Source: Octopus bimaculoides (lineage: Eukaryota). Taken from it: a stretch of DNA of 44,136 nucleotides. Below are positions 1-9,668 of the stretch, one piece after another. The stretch covers positions 65,918,517-65,962,652 of the forward strand of contig NC_068981.1 in NCBI RefSeq assembly GCF_001194135.2, read 5' to 3'. The notes under the pieces are model-generated. The model was not told the origin of the DNA. It ran no database searches and was given only the letters and a program-made list of their open reading frames with translations. The translations under genes were made by a program, and so were the position numbers. Numbering within the stretch: the stretch's first letter is position 1; every line of letters starts with the position of its first letter.

Positions 1-305
1 AAGTGGCTGAGCACTCCAAAGACACATGTACCCTTAACGTAGTTCTCGGGGAGATTCAGCGTGACTCAGAGTGTGACAAGGCTGGCCCTTTGAAATACAG
101 GTACAACAGAAACAGGGAGAAAGAGTGAGAAAAAGTTGTCGTGAAAGAATACAGCCAGGTTTGCTACCATCCCCTGCTGGAGCCTCGTGGAGCTTTAGGT
201 GTTTTCACTCAATAAACACTCACAACGCCTGGTCTGGGAATCAAAACCGCAATCCTATGACTGCAAGTTCGCTGCCCTAACCACTGGGCCATTGCACCGC
301 CACAA
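1..305 (-). mobile_element. tRNA-derived SINE (head at ~305, body runs off the window start)
   Basis: Reverse strand begins gtggcggtgcaatggcccagtggttagggcagcg (box A-like), then ggttttgattcccagacc (degenerate box B), then a non-tRNA body. Confidence 0.75.
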
Positions 306-313
306 GTGTGAGA

Positions 314-432
314 TGCTTACAGCACCTAGGTTTCCCAAGTGGTCACCTATCTAAGTACTCACTAGGCTCAACGTTGCTTAACTTCAGTGATTGTATGAGA
401 ACTGGTGCTTTCAATGTGTTATGGCCATTGTG
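314..432 (-). pseudogene. 5S rRNA pseudogene / 5S-derived copy, near full length (~119 nt)
   Basis: Reverse complement reads caatggccataacacattgaaagcaccagttctcatacaatcactgaagttaagcaacgttgagcctagtgagtacttagataggtgaccacttgggaaacctaggtgctgtaagc, colinear with metazoan 5S rRNA (GAAGTTAAGC, AGTACTT, GGTGACC and TGGGAA blocks). Many differences are CpG to TpG/CpA and there is no T-run terminator. Confidence 0.85.
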
Positions 433-578
433 TGTATATATACATACCTATACATATATGAATAATTATTACACTTTAACTGCTATTTCTAAATTTCGGT
501 ATGTGGTGAAGCAACTGTTGCTGATCCCTTAATTATGTTTATACCTATACATATGTATAGGTGTGTATATATACACAC

Positions 579-1400
579 AAAGATTCCTTCAGGGAATTGG
601 ACCTGCTTGTTATGTAGAAAAAGTCTTGGGAGAAACTCCATAAGGTCTACCCAATGCAAGCTATGGACACCTAAGAGGTGCAGCAATATCACTAGAAGAC
701 TAACAGAGAAAGTAGTCTTTACATGTGGCAGATGTGCAGGTACATTAAACATCAGGAATGTACAAAAAAATAGACTCACTTAAATGTTAGTGTTGATCCT
801 TAGAAGTAGTTGACAGTTTCTGTTACTTAGGTGACTAAGTTAGTAGTGGGGGAGTTTGTTCCAAAAGTGTAGCTGCTAGAATAAGAATTGGCTGGGCAAA
901 GTTCAGAGAGTTATTACCTCTGTTGGAAATGAAGGGCCTCTCTTTCAGAGTGAAAGTCAGATTGTATGATGCTTGTGTACGAACAGCTATGCTACATGGC
1001 AGTGAGGCATGGGCTATGACTACTGAGGATATGCGAAGGCTTGAAAGAAATGAAGCTAATATGCTCTACTGGATGGGTAATGTCAGTGTGCATATATGAC
1101 AGAGTGAAAGTGATTTGAGAGAAATACTGGGTATACAAGGCATCAGATGTAGTGTGCAAGAAGACTGCTCTGGTATAGCCATGTAATGCAAATGACGGAA
1201 GACAGTTGCATCAAGAGGTGCTGATTTCTAATTGTAGATGGAGCATGTGGGAGGGGTAGACCCAGGAAGATGTGGAACGAAGTGGTGAGACAGGATCTAC
1301 AAGTGTTGGGACACAGAGGGGATGACAGGGAACTGAGACTCCTGGCAGTTTGGTGTGCTTGAAAAGACACATCAAGTGAAGTAAAAGCATGGCTGTCCTT
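579..1400 (+). mobile_element. RTE-clade LINE ORF2 3' fragment (Cys-rich finger + RT C-terminal region), degenerate
   Basis: Translates to GNWTCLLCRKSLGRNSIRSTQCKLWTPKRCS...FTCGRC, LEVVDSFCYLGD, ARIRIGWAKFRELLPLL, RLYDACVRTAMLHGSEAW, GRGRPRKMWNEVV, with stops and frameshifts. Confidence 0.85.
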
Positions 1401-1439
1401 GCACACAGGCTGTCCGTTGCATCTCTCCAGCTGAGCATT

Positions 1440-1693
1440 CCTAACCTTGTGGGTTCATGGGTGCTGGTGCCACATAAAAAGCACCCGTACCTGTGCTATG
1501 TAAATGTACCTATGCTGGTGCTGTATAAAAGCACCCAGTACACTCTGTAAAGTGGTTGGTATTAGGAAGGGCATCCAGCCATAGAAACCATACCAAAACA
1601 GACATGGAGCCTGGGCAGCTCTTCAGCTTGTCAGTTCCTGTCAAACTGTCCAACCCATGCCAGCATGGAAAATGGATGTTAAATGATGATGAT
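1440..1693 (+). mobile_element. (GAT)n-tailed SINE / RTE 3' end fragment
   Basis: aaaagcacccagtacactctgtaaagtggttgg...aggaagggcatccagc...ccaacccatgccagcatggaaaatggatgttaaatgatgatgat; same family recurs many times in the window. Confidence 0.75.
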
Positions 1694-1699
1694 ACCTCC

Positions 1700-1975
1700 A
1701 TCATCATCATCGTCGTTTAACATCCGCTTTCCATGCTGGCATGGGTTGGGCGGTTTGACTGAAGACTGGCAAACCAGGAGGCTGCACTAAGCTCCAATCT
1801 GATTTGGCAAGGTTTCTACAGCTGGATGCCCTTCCTAATGCCAACCACTCTGAGAGTGTAGTGGGTGCTTTTTACATGCCACCGGCACAGGTGCCAGTCA
1901 AGCAGCACTGTCATCAGCCACACTCAAATGGTGCTTTTTATGTGTCACCGGCACAGGTGCCAGTCAGGCGGCATG
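1700..1975 (-). mobile_element. (GAT)n-tailed SINE / RTE 3' end copy, inverted relative to its neighbour
   Basis: atcatcatcatcgtcgtttaacatccgctttccatgctggcatgggttgg... is the reverse complement of the family seen at 36770-37020 and 43870-44130. Confidence 0.8.
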
Positions 1976-2088
1976 CTTAAATGGAGTTATGTACATATAA
2001 GTATATGGATAGCTATAATTAGTAGAATCAATTGTATCTTGCTGTCTTTTTTCAAATCTTTTGTTTATCATTTCAGAAGTAAAGTAAA

Positions 2089-2241
2089 ATGGCTGTAATC
2101 CAATTGAAAAAAGGACGTACTTTAGTTTTTGTTGCCTTTGTTTTATCTGCATTTGGCTGTTATTTTGGTGTTAACATCTACATTGCATGGAAGCGTAATA
2201 CCTGTTCTAATGAAGTTGGTAAAGAATTCCTTCGCGAACTG
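2089..2241 (+). CDS. DIPK1C: DIPK1/FAM69-family divergent protein kinase, coding exon 1 (type II signal anchor)
   Basis: Acceptor ttttgtttatcatttcag ends at 2076; ATG at 2089; MAVIQLKKGRTLVFVAFVLSAFGCYFGVNIYIAWKRNTCSNEVGKEFLREL; donor gtaagt at 2242, phase 0, joins exon 2 in frame. Paralog assignment (1A/1B/1C) cannot be resolved by eye. Confidence 0.85.
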
Positions 2242-2756
2242 GTAAGTTAATGAATGTACAATAAAAAGCAATAAGAGATAAAAATTTAAAGTGGATTGAA
2301 CATCCACTGCATCTTTTCATATTTGGTCAGTGCCATATGTTGTATTCCTGCACATGTACATTTCCTTAACTTGGATATGAAATAATTTGAACTTAGCATT
2401 ATACCTTCTCATTTAAAATGTGTGTAGGACCATTAATAAATATTGCTATGAAAGAGATTGTATATAGTCTAAGATGGTACTTCTGTGATACAGTGATATA
2501 GTTAGAGCATGTACTACTCAGAGCACCTCTTGAATTTTCCACCCACTGCCCTCCATACAGGCTTTTATAAGTAGACTCAAAAATGACAAACTTGTAAAAG
2601 ACTGCCTGTGGGAGACAGTCCCCATCACCAAAACCCCCAGCTACATTACCATTCTTGTAGGTTTCACATTGAAACAATCCTCACATCAAGATTAGGTATC
2701 TACATACAATAGTTTATGTCATATGAAAACTTGAGGATACATTCTGGCACCTCATC

Positions 2757-3185
2757 AGTATCATCTTTATCTTCCAGCTACTCTCACCCACCATCATATA
2801 ATTCAGGGTAGCCATGTATCGCCTCTCTAGCGAGACACCTGTGTTTGTCCTTCTATCATACTTTAACCTCCAACACCTAGCATAAAACCACCTTCCTCTC
2901 TCTTATATGCACGCCTACTTAGGTGAGGGGCTTTTTTCCTTTCTTTTGTTTTCTTTATCTTACAACTTACTTGGTGACCTGTTTAGTGCTGTGTCAGGAT
3001 TAAAAAAAAACAGCCAGTAGACATTGTAAAGTGGCTCATATTAGGAAGAACATCCAGCCATAGGAACTATGCTAAATCCAACATTGGATCCTAACAGAGC
3101 CCAATGGCTTCTTGAATCCTGTCAAAATATTTAACCCATACCAACATGGAAAATGAATGTTAAATGATGGTGGTAATGATAATGA
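2757..3185 (+). repeat. Dispersed repeat (pyrimidine-rich body + GAT-tailed end), homologous to ~15750-16120
   Basis: Shared blocks ggtagccatgtatc and ctatcatacttta(a/g)cct, and the aaaaaa(g)cac/agcc...catccag tail, at both loci. Confidence 0.55.
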
Positions 3186-3545
3186 TAATTATGATGGTGG
3201 TGTATGGTGAAAAGTATATATATAGTCACCAAACACTGGTTTTGTATAGTCTTCTTCACTGAAAATAATATTTCTGTGAAATTTGAAATTGTGTAAATGG
3301 TAATTGAGTTCTAGATTAAATGTTTTATGGGATTCAATTTTGTTCCTCTCAGTTACAAACTCAAGTGCTGTTTGATTTAATTTTACCTTTTATTGTAACA
3401 ATTACTAAAAATAAGTAACATAAATTTATTGGAGAGAATCAATCAACTAAACTCTGTTGTCCTACAAAAATTACTAATTTATCTAAATAACTAATGTTTT
3501 TACAGCCTGACTGAATCTTTTCTCTTTGTTTTTTTCTTATTATAG

Positions 3546-4394
3546 TGCGATTTATACCAAAAGAAAATAATTGGTGGCAACCTCTGTTCTTCTATATGTG
3601 TGACGAAAACGATAAAATTTGACCACTGCACAAACTACCGTGAAGGTAAAGTGGTCATTATAGCAAACACAGAAAAACAAAAGCACCCACTTATTCTGAA
3701 GTCTTCCCAGCACAAATATGAAAATTTCAACACAATATCATTCAAAATAGATGGCCGCATAGAGTATCCAAACATGGATTTCTTTCGTAGATTAATTTAT
3801 GAATCAGTTTACCTGAACCTTGGAATAAACCTAACAAAAGGAATAGATGTAATTGAGCAAGTGTGGTCAATGAATCCACTGACATTTATGCAAACTGTGA
3901 AAGGATTCCCTGAGGCTTCACATATCTTAATGGACAGTGTGTGGTCTCTGATACAACAAGAAGAGTACTTAATGTTGCGAATGAGTCAGCATTTACCTTA
4001 CATTCCTCGCCTCCATGGTACATGTGGTTATATGTATGCTGTGGAGAGCGCTCCTCCCCCCCAGATTTTTTACTCTTCTGTAGTTAAAGGTGGATGGTCT
4101 GCTCGAGTGAAGCTTGCTCTTGCCATTCTGGATGTTGTTCGTGCTCTTGACTCTGATTATCATGAACCTCTTCATTTGTGCGATGTAAAACCAGAGAACT
4201 TTGGAATCAGTGATGTTAACAACCAAGTAAAATTAATTGATACTGACTGTATATTCAGGGACTCTACCATCAAACAGATATTCCATAACAAATCCTGTAG
4301 AACAGATGAAGACTGTACATTTTTTGACTGTAAAGGATGGTGTAGAAGAAAGGTAGATAAATGTGCAAATGAACGCATCAACACAAATCTACAG
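3546..4394 (+). CDS. DIPK1C: DIPK1/FAM69-family kinase, coding exon 2 (Cys-rich N-terminal region + kinase-like domain)
   Basis: Acceptor ttttttcttattatag at 3545; CDLYQKKIIGGNLCSSIC; LILKS; VWSLIQQEEY; PRLHGTCGYMYAVE; HLCDVKPENFGI; KLIDTD; CRTDEDCTFFDCKGWC; ends NTNLQ with donor gtaatt at 4395 (phase 0). Confidence 0.93.
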
Positions 4395-4445
4395 GTAATT
4401 TAGTATAAATTAATTGTCTAAAAGCTCTTATACATTCAATACTGT

Positions 4446-4625
4446 GGCATAGTCATGGCTCTGTGGTTGAGTAGTTTGCTTTCCAACTACTTGGATTTGG
4501 GGTTCAGTCCCACTGCGTGGCATCTTAGGAAAGTATCATCTACTGTAGCCCTGGGCCAACCAATACCTTGTGAGTAGATTTGGTAGATGGAAACTAAAAA
4601 AACCCATCATATGTATGTATGCATG
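4446..4625 (+). mobile_element. tRNA-derived SINE (second family)
   Basis: ggctctgtggttgagtagtttgctttccaac...ggttcagtcccactgcgtggc...gatttggtagatggaaact; related copies at ~5965-6130(-), 12745-12960(+), 16350-16495(-), 28000-28260(-). Confidence 0.7.
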
Positions 4626-4738
4626 TTTGAATGTGTATATATGTGTGTGTACGTTTTTGTCTCCTTATCTTAACATAATATGATGGTTATAAGTGCATGT
4701 CACTGTCATACAAGTGGTGTCATTAATTTTCCAGTCTT

Positions 4739-4935
4739 AAGGTGGTGAGCTGGCGAAATGCTTAGCGGTATTTCGTCTGTTTTTATGTTCTGTGTTCAAA
4801 TTCCACTGAGGTCGACTTTGCCTTTCATCCTTTTGGGGTCGATAAATCAAGTACCAGTTGAGTAGTGGGGTTGATCTAATTGACTGTCCCCATCCCCCAA
4901 ATTTCAAACCTTGTGCCTATAATAGAAAGGATTAA
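4739..4935 (+). mobile_element. ATT-tailed SINE family copy
   Basis: aaggtggtgagctggcgaaa...gttcaaattccactgaggtcgactttgcctttcatccttttggggtcgataaa...ttgtgcctataatagaaaggatt. Confidence 0.75.
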
Positions 4936-5749
4936 TTTCCAGTCTTTTGTGAAAATGTCTGGCTAAAGGGTTTGTAATATTAACCTTGCATTATTGCATG
5001 TCAGGTTCAGTTGTTTTTACCTGTCACTCTTCCACTGACACTCTCTTTCCAAGCCACTTTGACTATCCATCAACTATGCTCCCTCTTCCTACCTAAAATT
5101 GCCCCCTCCCCCGTATATGGCTGCCATTCTTTTAGGTCACTCTTTACATCCATCATCCTCGTTTACCACTGACCATTCCTACATCAACTCACCATTTCCT
5201 CTTTTCTTTACCTACAAACAGGTAGATGCCATTTACCCTATGCCACTACTATCACTCTCTTTACATACTTCCACTATCACTCATTACTCCCTCAGTGCTG
5301 TCTCTCCCATTTCTCTACCCGTTCCGCTCGTCTCTTCTGCTAATGCCTTCCTCCTTGCCCTAGTTCATCTTTTGCAGTAGCCCTCTCTTCTATCCACTGA
5401 TGGCCACATTATCCTGAATGAATAGAGACAACACAAAGCAGTAAGGATCCTGAGGCAAGCAACCCCGTATGCACTCTGATATCATGATAAAATGTATTTT
5501 GTGAAGTAGTGGATGAATGAATGGAGATGTCACAGGAACATGACAACCTCTCCAGTTCTGGAACCATGAAAAAATGATTTTTTCAATTCTATTTTACTAT
5601 TATCCACATATAAACTAGCGCATGCACTCAGATTCCCCTACTCGATTTTTAATACCTCCGCCGAAAGAATACGTATCCAGAAGATGCTCTCATCTAAATT
5701 TGCTAATTCACGGTATGAAACCTCCAACTGTACCAAGTCAGTAGCTGGG

Positions 5750-5895
5750 GTGGGTGCACTGAACGTGTTGCTGCTAGAATAAGAATAGCCTGGGCAAAGT
5801 TCAGAGAACTCTTACCTCTCCTGGTGACAAAGAGCTTCTTGCTCAGAGTAAAAGGTAGACTGTATGACGCATGTGTACGAACAGCCATGCTACAT
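5750..5895 (+). mobile_element. RTE-clade LINE RT fragment
   Basis: ARIRIAWAKFRELLPLLVTKSFLLRVKGRLYDACVRTAMLH, homologous to 860-1000; truncated by a microsatellite tract (CA repeat ~5931-5968). Confidence 0.8.
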
Positions 5896-5928
5896 GTATA
5901 TACATATCCATCCATCTATCCATCCATC

Positions 5929-5970
<42 letters not shown>

Positions 5971-6318
5971 ATGAGCTTCTTTTAGGTTCCTTCTGCCAAA
6001 TTCATTCACAAAACTGTGGTTGGCCTGATGCTATTGTAGAAGATACATGACCAAGATACCACATAGTGGGACTGAACCCAGAACCATGTGGTTTGGAAGC
6101 AAGCTTCTTACACACAGCCACACCTGCGCCTATGTGCAAAATATTTGACTTGTTCGATTCTTTAATGAATGCTGAATTAACTTTGATTTAACATAAGTAA
6201 CAAATATGATTGTTTATCAAAGATATGTTTTGAATTTATTTAGAACTTTATGAACAAAAATTCATTTATATATACTCTCTTTACTCTTTACTCTTTTACA
6301 TTATTTTTCTTTTACCAG

Positions 6319-6549
6319 GTTGTTTGTGAACACATTTTCATGGGCAAGTATTTCTTTATTGGACTTCTTAAGAAACCACCTATGAGACTGAAAGAACAAC
6401 TTAGCAACATTCTTAGAAGATGTGCCTTTCCTGTAACTTATAATAATAACTCACTTGTGAAGTACTACAAAAGAAAAGTCTATTGGGAACTCTATCGTTT
6501 ACTTCAGCGGAGTATTGGAATTGGTGTGCCAATGCCAACAGATCCTTAG
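6319..6549 (+). CDS. DIPK1C: DIPK1/FAM69-family kinase, coding exon 3 (terminal)
   Basis: Acceptor ttatttttcttttaccag at 6318; VVCEHIFMGKYFFIGLLKKPP...LRRCAFP...YWELYRLLQRSIGIGVPMPTDP*. Completes the family-type NTNLQ|VVC junction. Total CDS 1233 nt = 410 aa. Confidence 0.88.
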   Translation, partial: VVCEHIFMGKYFFIGLLKKPPMRLKEQLSNILRRCAFPVTYNNNSLVKYYKRKVYWELYRLLQRSIGIGVPMPTDP

Positions 6550-6602
6550 TAAATGAAGTCTTTAGCTAAACACTAATTTCTGAATAGCTTTATGAATTTA
6601 CA

Positions 6603-6604
<2 letters not shown>

Positions 6605-6638
<34 letters not shown>

Positions 6639-6850
6639 GGTGGTAAGCTGGCAGTATTGTTAGCATGGCAAGCAAAATGCTTAGTGGCATTTTGTCTGTC
6701 CTTACATTCTGAGTTCAAATTCTGCCGAGGTTGACTTTGCCTTTCAACCTTTTGGGGGTCAATAAAATGAGCACCAGTTAATCACTGGGGTTGATGTAAT
6801 CAACTAGCCTCTTCCTCAAAATTTCAGGCCTTGTGCCTATAATAGAAAGG

Positions 6851-6895
<45 letters not shown>

Positions 6896-7313
6896 ATAGA
6901 AAGGATTGAGGTAACTCCTCCTGAAGATATAGAGTCAAAATTAAAAGAAGAGTGCCATTTGTTATCTGGTGAACGATATTTCGACATCTCGTGTGTCTTC
7001 AACTGGTTCAAAAAATAAATTTGTCAATCTACTTCATTTTGGTTAATATAGAAAGGATTGAGGTAAAATAATAAGGCAACAAGCTGGCAGAATTGTTAGC
7101 ACTGAGGGAAAAATGCTTAGTGGCATTTCATCCATCCTTATATTCTAAGTTCAAATTCTGCTGAGGTCGACTTTGCCTTTCATCCTTTTGGGGTTGATAA
7201 AATAAGTACCAGTTGACTACTGGGTTGATGTAATCGACTTACCCACTCCACAAACCTGCTGACCTTGTGCCAAAATTTGAAACCGTTATTATTATTATTA
7301 TTATTATTATTAA

Positions 7314-7364
<51 letters not shown>

Positions 7365-7569
7365 GGCAGCAAACTGGCAGAACCATTAGCATGTTGGGCA
7401 AAAGGCTTCACAGCATTTAGTCGATCTCTATGCTCTGAGTTCAAATTTCACTAAGGTCGACTTCATCTTTTTGGGGTCGATAAATTAAGTATCAGTGAAA
7501 CACTGGGGTCAATGTAATTGACTAGTCCTGTCCCTCAAAATTTCAGGCCTTGTGCCTTTATTAGAAAAG

Positions 7570-7628
<59 letters not shown>
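6605..7628 (+). mobile_element. Head-to-tail chain of three ATT-tailed SINE copies separated by (ATT)n tracts
   Basis: Heads aagg(t/c)... at 6637, 7073 and 7363; (ATT)n at ~6605-6636, 6851-6892, 7285-7362, 7571-7627. Confidence 0.85.
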
Positions 7629-7630
<2 letters not shown>

Positions 7631-7749
7631 TTTCTTTACAGTGTAACACATATTTTATTCTAACTTTGGAAGTCTGCACATGAGTAATTATTTATATGAT
7701 TGACTAACCGACTACCTTTCTTATCACTAACCACTCTTTAAATTAGTAG

Positions 7750-8300
7750 TGATGTGCTGTAAGGTAATGTCAAACAGAGTTATGTACCTTAGTAATCTAT
7801 TAAGTATATGTAAACATACTTAGTCTTTGAAAATAGTTTTGGGTTAAAGTCGTAATGCTCAAGCTAATATGTACACAATACCAGGAAGGGAATATCTTTC
7901 TAGACTCTTCTCAGGTCTATCATACACAAATCTTAATCTTTCTGACTAGACATATGCGTGGTGTAATGCATAATGTGCCTTAGTAATGTCTGGATACGAG
8001 CCTATAGTTAGTCTGTAGCCCAGCAGTTTAACTTTACAGTCATTGTGTCTACTGGATTTATAATTTGTAATATCCACGTATTTTAAATGTTTGTACATAA
8101 ATCTGTCCATATTAGCACATTTCCATTAGTTCTTCCAATCTACATTATACATTTACATGAATTAATGAATCACTTCTCTAATATCATCCACAAAACCTTG
8201 GGAGTTGTGGGAATTGCCTAGGACTTGGCAGGCTGAGGTTAGTATTGTTATGTGGCTTCCACTAAAGGCCCAGTATATTTGGCTGCAAATAAAGTTAATA
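7750..8300 (-). mobile_element. Possible highly decayed reverse-transcriptase remnant (Penelope-like)
   Basis: Minus strand shows TDLCTNI (cf. SLYTNI) at ~8087-8107 and RLLRYITLFDI (cf. LRYIDDIF) at ~7766-7798, about 100 codons apart; many stops. Confidence 0.3.
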
Positions 8301-8959
8301 TTGTTATGAAAGGGAGAATAAAGTTCTCACTAGTGTGATAATAAGCTGCACAATATTATAGTTTGGTAGGTAATCATGGGCAGCAAATGGAAGAATTAAT
8401 CTGATATATATAATTTAAAATGATACTATTTGAAATACTATGCTCTAGTTCTACAAAAGGAAATGAATAATGGATCCATAATTAATTCTGAGAAATGATG
8501 TTCATTGATCACGTGACTGATTAAAAATATGCTACACATTCTCTTTATTAACTTCTGGTATGCTTTTATTGTGAAGTGGACTATATAAACTGGTGAATGA
8601 ATGCCTGATGGTCAGTTGAAGTACTACAGTCAGTGTGAAATCAGTTGCCGAAGAACTACAGTTGGTATGAATCTGGGTGACGAAGAGCTATATTACATGA
8701 GACATCCAGCTGTGTACTCTGGGCACACTGGCTTGCTGGACTGGTCTGTGGTTTCCCAGCTGCTGACTTGGCTGTTGGAGTCATGTTAGTGTCGGGAGGC
8801 TGTGTGTGCAACAATATCGATAAGTTTTTGTTATATAGTCCCCTGTGCCCAGTGATTATTGAATATTTCAGCTTTATTACAAAGGTTCTTAAGGTAGTTG
8901 CCACTATTGCTTACAATCCTTCTTCTCTCTCTTTATATATATATATATGTATATAGTTG

Positions 8960-9260
8960 TGTGTGAAGGCGTGTAGCCTGGTGGTTAGGATCATGGTCAT
9001 GAGACTGTGAGTTCAGTACCCAAACTGGCAGTGTGTTGTGTTCTTGAGCAAAACACTTCATTTCATATTGCTCCAGTCCACTCAGCTGTAAATGGGTAAC
9101 CATGTGACTGACTAGCATTCCATTCAGGGGGAATGATTGGCCTGTGGCCTAGCCAGTAAGGTGGAATCATTCAAAAAGCTATAACAATGCAAGAAAGCAC
9201 ATTGTGACTAGCGGTGTTTAACAACATCCAGTAGTCAGGTTGATAGTTACACACACACAC
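8960..9260 (+). mobile_element. tRNA-derived SINE with conserved central domain
   Basis: gcgtgtagcctggtggttagg...gagttcagtaccc...gtgttcttgagcaaaacacttcatttcatattgctccagtccactcagctgtaaatgggtaacc; related inverted copy at ~16830-17200. Confidence 0.65.
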
Positions 9261-9458
9261 ACACACACATATATATATCTGTTAATATAATATGTGACAA
9301 TTATTTGGTAGCCATGATAAAACTCTGAGTTTCGGATGTCAGGGCGGAAACCCACGCCAGCATCTCCAGTTATCGGGCCATCAAAAAAAATGCTATGGAA
9401 ATCATATTTACATAATATCGAGGTCTCTTTTATTCTTTTATTGTCTTACCATTTCTAT

Positions 9459-9461
<3 letters not shown>

Positions 9462-9530
<69 letters not shown>
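9462..9530. repeat. (TA)n/(GA)n compound microsatellite
   Basis: Directly visible dinucleotide runs. Confidence 0.95.
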
Positions 9531-9531
<1 letters not shown>

Positions 9532-9668
9532 TATGTATATTTGTGTGTGTACTCATACACAAATATACACATGTTCTTTGAGTTATTTCTTTATATTTGA
9601 AAGGATGGAAGAACATTATCTGAGTTTGATCAAACATGATTGTATTTATATCCATAATTATTATCATT

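Noticed and set aside
2399-2677. 92-aa minus-strand ORF in DIPK1 intron 1
   Set aside because: No recognisable motif or splice context.
6250-6318. ATG-initiated start of the 99-aa ORF
   Set aside because: This part is the intron polypyrimidine tract; the coding portion starts at acceptor 6319 as DIPK1 exon 3.
6778-7401. Poly-Ile and poly-Asn ORFs
   Set aside because: Translations of (ATT)n SINE tails; the same applies to the YI/TH-repeat ORFs over TA/CA microsatellites.
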